A stretch of 64,000 bases of DNA, from NCBI GenBank assembly GCA_965153285.1, contig OZ229121.1, one strand, 5' to 3'. This document shows positions 1-12,154 of the stretch, in pieces; within the stretch, counting starts at the first letter, position 1; every line of letters begins with the position of its first letter. The notes below the pieces were generated by a model. It made no database searches, was not told where the DNA came from, and saw only the letters and a program-made list of their open reading frames with translations. Source of the stretch: Podarcis tiliguerta (lineage: Eukaryota). Made by a program: the position numbers and the translations under genes.

Positions 1-581
1 GATCAGCATTCAGAAAAGACGCTTTTTAAAGATATATATAAAACCGTAATGAGCAAGACAAGAGAGAGGACTAGTAACAACAAAATCACTAGCAGTAACC
101 TAGAATTTCCTTCTCTACACCTGTTGCTTCATAGCACGATGCAGTTGCTGGCAATTTCATGGCTACGGTTTTCTGGTTTAGCTAAAAGGACAGGAGATGA
201 TGATGCGTGCAAGAGCCCAGTTGCGAGACGGGCGCCCCCTAAGCATCCCCCCACCCACCCAAACACACCCCCGTCATTGGCTGAGGAAAAGGGGGTGCTG
301 AGCAGGCCCCCGCTTGGATACCTTCAGGAAGATGAGGAACAGCTATATAAATGCACACACACACAAGTATCTGTGGCCACACTGTCCCGGTTCTCCTTAT
401 CCCGGGCTGAGCTGGATCCGCGGAAGCCCCTCGGGGACAGCAGTCGGGTGACCTGGACCAGAAACAAGGCAGGGGCACCAAGCCCGAGGCTCCCTCGCCG
501 CCCCTCGTTCCCGACCGGATTCTTCCTCCGCTACCCTCGCAGGTGCCACCGCCGCCGCCACCGGAGAACAAGCGCAGCGTG

Positions 582-595
582 GTTGCCATGGAGAC
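582..595. promoter_or_regulatory. RFX X-box motif GTTGCCATGGAGAC
   Basis: 12/14 match to the palindromic RFX consensus GTTGCCATGGCAAC, inside the CpG island. Confidence 0.8.
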
Positions 596-616
596 CGGAG
601 GGACCAGAGCATTGCG

Positions 617-629
617 GTTGCTAGGAGAC
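617..629. promoter_or_regulatory. Second RFX X-box GTTGCTAGGAGAC
   Basis: Matches the 13-bp RFX variant GTTGCTAGGCAAC; 21 bp from the first X-box. Confidence 0.7.
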
Positions 630-633
630 TCCC

Positions 634-642
634 GTAAACAAA
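634..642 (+). promoter_or_regulatory. Forkhead (FOXJ1-type) site GTAAACAAA
   Basis: Exact RTAAACAAA forkhead core 4 bp from the second X-box. Confidence 0.6.
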
Positions 643-1423
643 GGCAGGCGCCTCCTTCACCGCCATTCGTCGGGGGGGGGGGGTTCCTTCTAACAGCACC
701 GCCCTCCCGAAGGGGAGGGACGCATCTGTGGCAACGTGGGGGTCCCTTTCCTCGACTGGCTGCCCGAGACGTCAATCGTCTCGCCCACCACCCTCCTCGC
801 CAACCACGCAGCGCGCGCGCGCACACACACACGCTGTACTGCAGGGAATCTCGAGGCCGTGTTTTATTTTTGTTTTGGGAGGGTGGCCGCCTTTTTTCTT
901 CTTGCTGTTGTTAAATGACTGGGGATCATTCAGAAGCCCTTGCCGCAGGTCCTCCAAGATCTGCCAGGGCGTGCTTGATCTTTCTTTTGCCTAAATGACT
1001 GTGTAAGGATGAACACCTTAGCCAACACCTAAAATGCTTGCTTAAAAAGTCAATCATCACTGGTGGTTCGTTTTTGAATATATAATTTTATTCTCTTCAG
1101 CACCCCCTGCCAAAAAAGGTGAACATAATTACAAACCGAAATGGAACTATAAAAGTTACAGCAACAGCAACCATAAAATTAACTCACAAGTCCCAGTGTT
1201 TCAAAGATAGAAGGACAACAGCAGGGATATATTTCACCATGCATTGTCCCAAAAAGAATATTTGCCCTTTATAACATTTAAATGCTTTTTTACTATTCAG
1301 ATTCAGGCTATTTATATTTGGGTGGGGAAAACATCAATGCATGTATTGTTCTTTTCAAGTATGCAAAAGCGACAGAGAAATTGGGATTAGACAAAATGGG
1401 ATTTTGGGGATCGTCTCCAATAC

Positions 1424-1916
1424 TGTTGTTATAGAGCTGTGAGGTTCAGTTTCACAGAATGAGGGATGTTTAAGCAAGTCAAGCTAAGTGAAGAAGCTTA
1501 GCCTGACATACTCTGTTTTGTTGGGGAAATGGGCCTTTGCATAAGTAAAGAGTTGATAGTGTGCAAATGATTTGTTGCGTCAGAAGCAAATGGACAGAGA
1601 CCTTTCTGGATGGGGTTTCTTTATCCTTCCCTTGTCTGGATGTGATGTGATCAATGGGTCAGCCAGGCTGTCTTGAAAGGGCACAGAGACCTGACTTGCT
1701 CTGCATAAAAATCCAATGCTAGGGCATGGGAGGGATGGTTCTCCTAGAAAGCTAATGTGCTCAGCCTGTGTATGTGTGTAAATAAACATGATGTCATAAA
1801 AATACTACCAGTCTCATTTATCTTCATTCCAAGAGAACCAACACCAAGGTAAGTGCTGGGATTGCTGAAACTTCACACTGCTCAGGAGTGTGTAGCAAGG
1901 GGGAAACAACACAACA
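1424..1916 (+). mobile_element. Possible degenerate solo LTR
   Basis: TGTTG...CAACA ends, TATA-like CATAAAA (~1704) and AATAAA (1781); no clean TSD, so the boundaries are uncertain. Confidence 0.35.
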
Positions 1917-3905
1917 GAACAAACACATGATAGTGTAAGAGAAGCAATCTATTTACATATTGTGAGACTGATTACCTGTGTGAGCACAAAAAAACAAAAA
2001 GTAGCCATTAATAAAGCACAAAAACTTAATAAAAAAGACCAATTTGTATTGTGCATGATCTCTCTCTCATTTGGAGATTTAATACAGTATAGAGAAGGAA
2101 TGAAAACCAAGTGGTAATAATAGAAAATTGCTTCTCTTCACTTTGAGTTGCTTAGACTTGGCAGGAAAGCTGCTCCAGAATCATACCTATCCAGTCTCTC
2201 AGCTGTTTGCATAATTTTGCCCATGTAATGTTTGCTGTGAGATGCAAATGGAAGATACAGACATTGTAGGAGACCAAGGGATTGTTTAGACCAATTTAGT
2301 GTAATAAGACCAGCGCAGGACCTTTTCACTACATTTATATGAAATTAAATTTATATTACCTTATGCCACTGGATACTCCCGCCAGGCATGAAACAATTTC
2401 TTATCTGCTTATACCTTTTACTACATTCTTTGTAGCGTCATGGAGGCTATGTTCTAATGGCTAAGCAATTTGTCATTATCTGCAGGCCTCAGGAAAAGGG
2501 TTTCCAATTTTCAAGAAATGCACTTTCCATCTAAAGAGCTTGAACTGTCTGCATAAGATCCATTACCTAATGAATGACTGAAATATCCCAATAGTTGTAT
2601 ACCAGGTGTATAAATGTAGATGCCTGAGTAATCTTCCAGTTTGGACTATATGTAACTTTGGTGCTATTAACAAAATTAAAAGTTCTTTAAAAGTATAACA
2701 TTCAGTATCTTTCGAACCCTATTCAAAAAGATGTGGGGCCTAGGGGAATATCATGGCCTTTGATATTTTTAATCCACTCCTATATATTTTTTTTGCCAAA
2801 ATCCTTGAATTTATTTAAAAGACCACCATATATGCTTAAAGGAGCCTCCCTTCCCACATTATTTCCAACAGACCCTATTACTCTTTTTACATATGTATTG
2901 AATGTGCACAGATGTTACATACCACCTGCTCAAAATCTTATAAATTAACTTCCCTCAGAGAAGCACTTAAATGGGTTTGTTTTTGTACCATATATCTGCC
3001 CAATCCTCCTCAGTTATTTCCATCTCCAAATCCTTCTCCAAGCTTAACATATGTTGTTTTCTTTTCTTTTTTAAAGTGCTTTGCAAAAAAACACTTGTTC
3101 AATTCTGAAACCAAACCCTTCAAATCTACTTAGCAGCCCCCAACAAGTGCTCAGACCTAGTCAAATATCTACTTGACTTCATTTTTACAAAGTGCTTCTT
3201 CACTGGCAGGCAGTGGGAAAATGAAGCTTGATATGTTTTACCATATATGATTATTTCTCATATATTCTAAATCGATTGATAATATATCAAAATGTATCTA
3301 ACCCACATCTGTTCCAAAACTTGTAAAAATTCTTTCTTGAGAAATTCTGGACACCTACATAGATTTGCCCCTTATGCATATTTTGCTTATATCCACAAGC
3401 TGATGATATAAGCTTGTATCTTTTCTCTGCACGAGCAAACATAGCAAGAGTTGTTCTTTATTTCCCTCAAAATCCCTTCAGGGCTTGTCAGTATAAGTGT
3501 TCACCCAGACAAAATTTGCCTTGATATAGTCGGATGAATAATTGGCTTGCCAGTTCCCCCGTTTCCATCGGGTAAGGTAACCCTATCCCCTGATTTATGT
3601 CTGTTGTCCAGATTTTAAAATAGCCGGAGATAAGTATACAATAATCACAGCAGCACATTCATTTTGTTCTATAGCCAAGTTGTCAGTTCTTTTCTGTTCA
3701 CTGCCTCAGCTGATCACCTTTCATTATCCATGGAGAAATATGCTATGAAAGACCATTGGCAAAACAGGGTGTATCATTTCAGGAGGTGAAATTTAATTTT
3801 TGCAAATTTCTTCAGGGAGGAGTCTAAAAATATGTTTTGGGTGTGAGGAATTTAAAACTGCTATTATTTTTGTGATTGGACAACATTTAGCTTGGTAAAT
3901 CTACG

Positions 3906-4302
3906 TTTGGTTAAAAAGCACATTAACTACTCTCAGAAAACCAAAGAATTTTAATTTTAGCTTCTGAACATGTCAGGTAATACTAAATAACACTAAACAA
4001 CAACAACAAAATTTCAAGTACTTTGCAATCATTTTTTATGGTTTCCAAGCAATTTTACACACATTTTACTTACCAAGCAAAACAAAATTATATTAATTTA
4101 ACCGAAATATCTTTTGAATTCCTAAGTCATGTTACAACTTTTTAGCACCCTTCATTTTTTAAAGTTGAAACATTCTATATTATTGTTGATTATGATTATG
4201 ATTATGATTATTTAGTATTATTTAGTATTATCTGACATTTTCAGAAGGTAAAATTTGAATTCTTTGGTTTTCCGAGAGTAGTTTATGTGCTTTTTAACCA
4301 AA
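3906..4302. mobile_element. Foldback/MITE-like element with ~92-bp inverted arms
   Basis: 3906-3997 (tttggttaaaaagcac...cactaaa) is the near reverse complement of 4211-4302; AT-rich spacer containing (ATGATT)n. Confidence 0.75.
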
Positions 4303-5202
4303 TATGCCTTAATACGACAATAAATCAGTCAGCCTCTAAAGTGCCACAGTGCTTTTTCTAATGAAATCTGTTATACTACTCACTATGCTCTGAAGATGAC
4401 ATGGTTATTGGCATTTAATTTACCAGTATATAGGGCATGGCTGAATTCACAGGAATGCTAGACTTAACATTATTAAAAAGTGAAGAGAAGGCAGCTCTTT
4501 TCCCTACTAGGTTAAAAAATATCAATTAGCATCATGGGGCTTATGTAAACAACTTCTTGCTGGCTCATAATCTGTTTATGAGTCAAGTTGTGCTTGGAGG
4601 CTCTTAACTTAGAACCAGAGGCAAGTTTGTATATTTTTCTTTGAGGCATCCAGGCAGTGGAACACCACAAGTTATAACCTGTTTTTAAAACAGCTCGCAT
4701 GGAGCCATAAACCTCAGATGTTGCAGGTCAACTGGTGTGGTCCACTGACTTCAGTCTGCGCAGATCTTCACAGCCCTACAGTCACTGCACAAGTCATGCT
4801 CTTTCAGTCAAAATTCCCCCACACCTGGCAAATGCAAATGAAAACTTTTAAAAAGGTTTCCTAAACCAAAAAGGAAACATTCTTAGAACACATTAACAAT
4901 TCAAATGCTGCATGAATGTAATAATATGACATATTTTATTCAAGCTTATGCTTGGTTGAGGTCAATTATTTTCAGAGACAGCCACAATGTTTTGAGGATA
5001 TTCTACCAGAGGAATGGGTTTTGTGGATTTGGGGGTCATGCAGAAGCATTGATTGTGTGAACTGGCACCTGACATGATCACACAAAAAGCAGCAGCCACA
5101 TGACCCCCCACCACCTGAACCCATTATACCTCTGCCTTTTCCCAGAGGAATAAAGACCATTGGCTGCAGGAGCTGATCTTTCAAGGTGCCCATTTTTGGT
5201 AC

Positions 5203-5460
5203 TGTTATGTACTGAAGTTCTCACCCTGGTCCAGCAGGGGGATACTGTAGATAGTTCAGGTCCACATATGCAAATAAGGGATCGAAAGTGATGTTCAGTG
5301 ATTGGATAGTTACAGAAAGTTGTTACAATTACGCTGTTCTGGAGCTCTACATAAGCAGGCTGGCTGAACCCTTCAGTTCAGTTCTGTTCTGCCCTGTGAA
5401 TAAACAAGAGCTGTTTGAAGAATCGCTGTGTCGTCTGATATGTTCACCCACAACTTAACA
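5203..5460 (+). mobile_element. Solo LTR (258 bp) of an LTR retrotransposon
   Basis: TGTTA...TAACA termini, perfect 5-bp TSD GGTAC (5198-5202 / 5461-5465), TATA-like TACATAAG, AATAAA at 5399-5404. Confidence 0.85.
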
Positions 5461-6454
5461 GGTACCCACTGCCATTTATAGAGAAACAAGAACACCCATA
5501 TTTTCCTCTACGGAAAAACGGCCTCTTGACTAGGAAATAGTTGGGTAATATTTCTAAGAAATATTAACATCTCAACATTCATCATTACACAAATGCAGGA
5601 AATAAGTGATTAAGCATTGCCTCTCAAAGCAACTTAAAACTCCAGCGTATTGCGTGGAAATAAAACCCTCATGGGAAATTTCAGGCTTCCAAATGCTCAT
5701 TCCTTACAGCATCATTCACCTCTGGCCCTAATTTTGGCCTTTGAGTTGGCAAGGAGCATATTCTCCAGGAAGAGATTCTCCTTCTTTATACCTAAAATCC
5801 TCATGGGTTTCCCCCCATATAACAGCGTGGACCTTGTGTCTCATCTCCCCCTATGTTTTGCTCCAGCTGTGGTCAATTAGAAAAGCTGATTACTGACCTC
5901 ATGGAGGGCCCCACACTCTCACCGATTCTCAAGAGCTCATCTTGAAGCCAAACTGTTACACCGAGTTAATCAGCGGTAAATTACTGTCTGTCAGAGAACC
6001 AGCAATATGTCTTTTTGCTAGACATTCTTCCCCCGCCCCCAGTCTGTATACTGCATGTATTGAAAGCACTATAATGCCAAGAAATATTCTATATTGTTGA
6101 CCTTCAAGAAGCCAGCAGTGAAAATAGTTATCTGTTTTTGAAATCAAAGCCAACTTTGTATAATTGGCTAGGTCAAGGCTATGGTTGTATGGAAACCATA
6201 TCAAATTAAAGAACACAGACAGAAGATAGTGGCTTGCCAATTTGCCCCAATCAGATAAATATGACAAAAAGATGGAGTAGATGCAAACTACATTGTTTGA
6301 AACTTTGAGATTGTTGAACACTCAACTCGTCCCTTTTGCCTTGCTTAACTGCTTGCATGCTGTGGAATGGTTTGTGAACATTCCGGTTGCTGAGTTTAAA
6401 AAATAATCGCCCGTGTTGAAGACCTTGAGCCAGATGGGGCTGTTGGTGGTGAGA

Positions 6455-6680
6455 ATTAACATAGGAAAGAGCCTTGCTGGATCAAATCTCCATCCAGCCC
6501 AGCATTTTTGTTCTCTGAACCACCTGCCCCCAGAAAGCCAACAAGCTGGGCAGGAAGACAATAGCCCTCATCCAATAACAGGGATCCATTGGCATGGTGC
6601 ATTTGAACCTAGATGTTCCTTATACACATCCTGACTGCTAGTCATTCTGTCCTCAAGGAGTTTATCCAGTCCCATTTTAA
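6455..6680 (-). mobile_element. CR1 LINE 3' fragment
   Basis: aacataggaa...gctggatca...catccagcccagcat...; resembles the reverse complement of reptile CR1 3' ends and the copy at 8416. Confidence 0.55.
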
Positions 6681-6695
6681 AGTAATTTTCAAGCA

Positions 6696-7052
6696 CCGTA
6701 TTTTTCCATGTATATGACAAGGTTTTTATATTAGAATTTCATGTTAAAATATGTGGGTCGTCTTATACACAGATAGTACATAGTGGGGACGTGTTATTGG
6801 TTGCTGCCAGGAGCCGGAGATTGTCAGTGGCTATTGGGCGTGTTATTGGTGGTTGCCGCAAGGGCTGGGCTTGATTGGCTGTCGCTGCAGCAATTAGGCA
6901 GGCGATCGGTGGCTTCTGCAAGTGAGGGGAAAGTCGATAGATGGCTTTTGCAACGCTAGTGGCAGCATAGGTCAGATATTTTCTTAATTTGGAGTCCCCC
7001 CCAAAAGGGGGCGTCTTATACACGGAGGCATGTTATACACAGGAAAATATGG
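6696..7052. mobile_element. Tc1/mariner-type MITE (CCGTATTTT TIR family)
   Basis: TIRs ccgtatttttccatgtata / tatacacaggaaaatatgg followed by TA; shares sequence, inverted, with 25454-25625. Confidence 0.75.
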
Positions 7053-7834
7053 TAATTTCATCACCACAAAAGGGTGGCAGCAAATTGGTAGGTAGTTCTT
7101 ACTTACTTATTGCAATTACACTACAGCCCACCTAAAAACAACAACCGCCAATTTAAAAACAACAACCCTGATATATCCCACCTTTCAGGGTACCAGTTCT
7201 TTCAAGGCCGCTTACAAGTTACAAAAAACCCCCACAGCATTTTAAGATCCACAGCCAACAATACAAATATATAACACAGGATCTTTCCCCCAGGACAGTA
7301 GACAGGACAGTGTTAGATTGGCTAAGGTGAATAGATGCATGTCTGTACAGTGTATGACTGGGTTATGTGACTAACTATGAATGGCTTATGTTGCTTGGAA
7401 GAGATTAGTACATGAATGGGGAGAGGGAGGGACACATAAATAGGATGGCTGAATGGAAAAGCTGGTTGAGTTTGAACATATTAGTGAATGGGGAGTAGAT
7501 GTTAAAACACTATTTCAAATCAAACGTTCAGCCAGTGTCAACAACTTACCACTATGAAATAGAGAGAGCCTCAAATCTGGAACATTATGCCTATAAATTC
7601 CTTGTTCACTGCAATAAAACAGGTAATATCTATGCTTGATGTAACTGTCATATAAATACGGTCTGTTGATTTTAAGCACCTGAGATGTTTCTACCGACAT
7701 TATTAGAATCAGAGTCTTTTTAAAACACACACAGACACGTTCTTTTCACACTGGCAACACTACTCATTCATTTTTTTCTCAGTCACCTTTATCAGTCAGT
7801 GATGAAACATAGCCACTGGTGCATGTATGTGTTG

Positions 7835-7860
7835 GTGTGTGTGTGTGTGTGTGTGTGTGT
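7835..7860. repeat. (GT)n microsatellite
   Basis: Seen directly. Confidence 0.95.
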
Positions 7861-8048
7861 AAATAAATTGTGTCTTTAATAAAGTGAGATACACCAATAA
7901 ATCATCATGGAAGCCAAATTGGATTGAACAGATATTTTTGAGCTCATTTTGCATCATTAACATGGCATAATAGGTAACAGTGTTATGCAGAAATCAGAGC
8001 AATTGTGCACATAGGTGTTAGGGAGAGACTAGGTGATGTAGTTAATTA

Positions 8049-8277
8049 CAGTGGTACCTCAGGTTAAGGACTTAATTCGTTCTGGAGGTCCGTACTTAAC
8101 CTGAAACTGTTCTTAACCTGAAGCACCACTTTAGCTAATGGGGCCTCCTGCTGCCGCCGCTGCGCCACTGGAGCACGATTTCTGTTCTCATCCTGAAGCA
8201 AAGTTCTTAACCTGAAGCACTATTTCTGGGTTAGGGGAGTCTGTAACCTGAAGCGTATGTAACCTGAGGTACCACTG
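8049..8277. mobile_element. Tc1/mariner (Tigger/pogo-like) MITE
   Basis: Perfect 18-bp TIR CAGTGGTACCTCAGGTTA, TA TSD on both sides, internal TAACCTGAAG repeats. Confidence 0.9.
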
Positions 8278-8415
8278 TACACAACTTCCACCGCTTCCCT
8301 TGCCAATATGCAAATAACTGTAGTGCTTTAAAAACACTGCTTGAGAGAAGAATGGGGAAGGAAGCAAGACTGTGAGAAGGGGCTGCTGAGGAGGCTCTAA
8401 ACATCCCAGCTATAC

Positions 8416-8890
8416 CATAAGAACAGAAATAGAGTAATGCTGGATCAGACCAAAGGTCCAGGTATTTTGTTTTCCAAAGTGGGTAGCTGTATGGTTCTGG
8501 AAACCCCCCAAGCAGGGCATAAAGTTGGATGCTCTCTTATGATGTGGCTTTCTAGCAAGTTTTGCACTGCCTCTGAACATGAAGGCTCCATTTTGTTTTC
8601 ATTACTAAATAACAAATAGACTTGTTATCCATGGACTTGCTTAAATCTCCTTTAAAGGAGTCAGTACCATATCCTGTGGCAGTGAATTCTATACATCAGT
8701 TGGAATGTATCTTGTCTGTCCTGAATCTACAGCAATCAGCTTCATTCGGTGAACCCCAGATTTTAATATTGCAGGAAAGATTTTTTTAAAAAAATCTCTC
8801 TCTCTCTCCACTTTTTCTCCACCATACATACTTTCATAAACCTTATTCGTGTTTTCCCCCTTAGTCATCCTTTTCTTAAAAGCCACAAAC
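8416..8890 (-). mobile_element. CR1 LINE 3' fragment
   Basis: cataagaac...gctggatcagaccaaaggtcca... and gcttcattcggtgacccc motifs typical of reverse-complemented reptile CR1 3' regions. Confidence 0.65.
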
Positions 8891-9739
8891 ACTTAGCCAT
8901 TAGGTCTTGTGTTCCAAGTACCACCAGGATCTTACACCACAATATCGAGTATTATGAAAAACAAAGTATTCTTGGCCAGTTGTGCCAAATTTAGCAGGTA
9001 AACATTAAAACGCTACAAAAAAAAAGAAGAATCCAGGATCTTGCCTCAATAGTATAAGAGAGGGAAAGTATAAAAGTATTTCTTATGTATTCAGATATAG
9101 TATTTCCAGAACCTGAAAACAAGTTTCAACATCTGGATTCACCTCAGAGACTATTGGAAGTTCGCACCACAATAAACTGGTCAATCAATTTCATTAAATG
9201 CAAGGTAGACAGAGACTGGCATGAAAAGCTTTCCTGTATACTAATAGCAAATTCATTCTCCAGGTATGGGTCCTTGTGTAGCCAAAGCAGCAACATCTAC
9301 ACATAAGAAGAAGCAGGTTACCAGCAGGCTTAGGGGAAGCTCAAGGTTTGCAGAACTACAAAAAATATTAAGGGGAAAAATGCCCACGGAAAACTCAGCT
9401 TGCTAAGTGGTCATAGAATGCTGAGTGTTGGGTGGGGATGAGAAAATGTGGGGGGCTGAAATGGCTGTCAGGAATGCTGAACAGGATCACTCACCCCAAA
9501 CTGCAAGACTTTGTTGTAGGTTCCACTTGAATTCTATTTACACACTCAATTTATGCATGCATTCATAATGTTTACTTTGTGAAAGCAAATGTCTCTGAAA
9601 ACTCATGCCACAATAGACTAGAAAGTCTCGGAAGTGCTGCAACACTCTGAAGTTTTGGGTGTTACTACAATGGCCACTAATCTAGGCAACAGAAATAATC
9701 AATGGGATACCACCTTAGTAGCCACAGTCATTGTTTAAA

Positions 9740-10066
9740 ATATAATTTTATTTATAATTTTCATTTACAACAATTATTCAACAAACATTCTAACATATCA
9801 AATTTTGACTCCCTTCCCCCTCTTTCTGCAGTTCTTTACATTTACTTTCATCATTTCCTGCATACTCCAAATTATCTTAACTTATTCTTTTCTTCATCTA
9901 TTCTCATGTACATCTCATATACATTTTTTTTGAAACTACAGGTTTTTACAATAATCCTGCCAATGTCTTGATCTGTTTAAAATTTGTTTGTAAATACTCA
10001 AGAAAACATTTCCATTCCTTTCTAAAAAGTTTGTTCTCTTGATTTCTGATTCTTTCGGTAAGTTTC
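9740..10066 (-). mobile_element. L1-like LINE 3' end fragment
   Basis: Minus-strand reading KLTERIRNQENKLFRKEWKCFLEY resembles the lizard L1 ORF2 C-terminus; followed by a 3'UTR and A-rich tail. Confidence 0.5.
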
Positions 10067-11825
10067 ACCACAGTCATTGGACAAACTCTGATTTGCCTTT
10101 TTTTCTGTATGAAGATACCAAGGTAGTGCTGTCATTTTGCAGAGCTGATGAAGAAAGGTGGAACAGCTATTTATAAATGTAATCAGGCATGGGACATTCC
10201 TCATAACAAGAAAAAAGTGTCAACTGAGCACATGTCATGAGATTGACTATGAGACTGGGAAAGCATGTATTTACAAGCTTCAGCTGATATTTTCCAGATA
10301 GAGACAGTATTTTCTGTTCCTTGAAAATTGACTTATTTCCAGTTTTTGACTTTGTAAGTTATTTATTAGGAACAGTCAAGGTTACTTCCAAAACCAGCAT
10401 CTTTCAGAACTATCCAAGCAGTCTTTAGCAACTGCATCCTTGACCATTATGGCATTTGGAAGAAATAAGTAAATCCCTGTTTACTTTTTGATTAGGTGAA
10501 CACATGCTACAGGTCAGATGACCTGGACTGGAACAAGGTTTAAGAGCTGAACAGCAGACAGCTCAAGGTATCAGTTGTGAATTCAAGGGAGGAGGGGAAT
10601 GAAGTCTTTCCCAATGGGATTCAACATGATGGGGGGAAAGTATGTGATTTTCAGAAGAGGCTGTCTGGCCAAGAGATGATGCTTTCAGCAATCTTCAAGA
10701 AGAATAAAGGCTGCCTAAAGTGAGACAAGATATTTGGGATAATAAATTGAGGATTAATAATATTCAGGCAGTTGCTTTTCTTCACAATGACAGGGAATGA
10801 GATTTTGCAGGACACTTCTTGAAATGGCTTCCAGATGGGAATGCAGGGCACACTATCCAAGACTTAATGTGATTTAGGGAGAGCTTAACCAATAAAAAAA
10901 GGAGGGATGATGCACGTTTCAAAATCAGAATAATATTGTGCTCTTGTTTTCTACCTTCCTCGTTCTGTGGCTTTATTTGCTTTGGCATTATGCAATCTAC
11001 TGCTTCGGTACATATTTCAAAAAAGGAGAGTGGCTAGAGAGATCAGGTGGAAAAAAATTACCAAAATGGGATTAGTTTTCATTCTTAATGGAGTGATTAG
11101 CAGAAACATACCCTTTTATGGTCTTATTGGAACCTATGTGATCATCTCAATATAAACAATCTGTGAATCTCCCCTTTCAGTATTCTGGTTTGTGGCTGTT
11201 CTTAAGAGTTACATTGCTTCTCTTGGAGTGGAATGAAACAAGGGATTAAACAAGGAGAAAATCAGGAGCTCCCAGAGACCTTTGGTTAAGCATATGAGCT
11301 AAAACCAACATAATTGACATGCAAAACCTGTTTTTCATATGATCTCTTGGGGTATCTTGTTAACATGCAATGTCAATTATATATTCAAAATATAGTCAAA
11401 TTGCAGGCTCTGGTCCAGCGTCTTCCCATCCCCGCAACACGGCAGAGGTAGAGATAGGTACATCAAACAGATTTATTTTGGACTGGGGCTCAGCCTGAAA
11501 GAAGAGAAAATGATAGCATGGAAGTGCCTCTCAACAATTGCAGAGCATGTCTCCCTTACCACTGGGAAGCTGCAGTTATGCTCTGAGTTTTTGAGGAGGC
11601 CCTGGGACAGCAGCTTGCTCTGCAAAATGTTGCTGCTTCCGATTGCGCCAAGTCTTGACTCTCAACAGATATCTATCACCCTATATCAGCACAGCCATGC
11701 TGACTGGGCTGCATGCTCATTACATGTTCAAAGCACATTCAAAGCATATTATTCCCCTCAAAAAATTCTGGGCACTGTAGTTTGCTAAGGCTTGCTGGGA
11801 ATTGTAGCTCTGTGAGGGGTAAACT

Positions 11826-12154
11826 AGGTAGAGGTAAAGGGACCCTTGACCATTAGATCCAGTCGTGACCGACTCTGGGGTTGCGGTGCTCATCTCGCTT
11901 TACTGGCTGAGGGAGCTGGCGTACAGCATGACTAAGCTGCTTCTGGCAAACCAGGGCAGCACATGGAAATGCAGTTTACCTTCCCGCCGGAGCGGTACCT
12001 ATTTATCTACTTGCACTTTGACGTGCTTTCAAACTGCTAGGTTGGCAGGAGCAGGGACCAAGCAACGGGAGCTCACCCCGTCACGGGGATTCGAACTGCC
12101 AACCTTCTGATTGGCAAGTCCTAGGCTCAGTGGTTTAATCCACAGCACCACCCA
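11826..12154 (-). mobile_element. Sauria SINE (older, internally deleted) nested in a palindromic MITE
   Basis: (ACCTTT)n-type tail at left; ggggattcgaac (B box) and cacagcaccaccc (A box) at right; colinear with the copy at 45499. Confidence 0.9.

Larger units (their letters stand above)
200..890 (-). promoter_or_regulatory. CpG-island promoter / non-coding first-exon region of a leftward gene, most likely ODAD2 (ARMC4)
   Basis: GC- and CpG-rich segment in an AT-rich window, with GGCGGCGGCGG 5'UTR-like runs on the minus strand, X-boxes and a forkhead site. Gene identity is inferred only from vertebrate synteny (MPP7 followed by ODAD2/ARMC4 on the same strand); no ODAD2 coding sequence is seen. 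Confidence 0.7.

Noticed and set aside
49-994. Long overlapping ORFs (191, 197 and 123 aa) at the left end
   Set aside because: Low-complexity Pro/Arg/Gly translations expected from a GC-rich CpG island; no recognisable protein
2050-3720. Possible decayed LINE ORF2 (also ~10550-10900 and ~12700-13400)
   Set aside because: Composition is suggestive but I could not read diagnostic RT or endonuclease motifs; needs RepeatMasker
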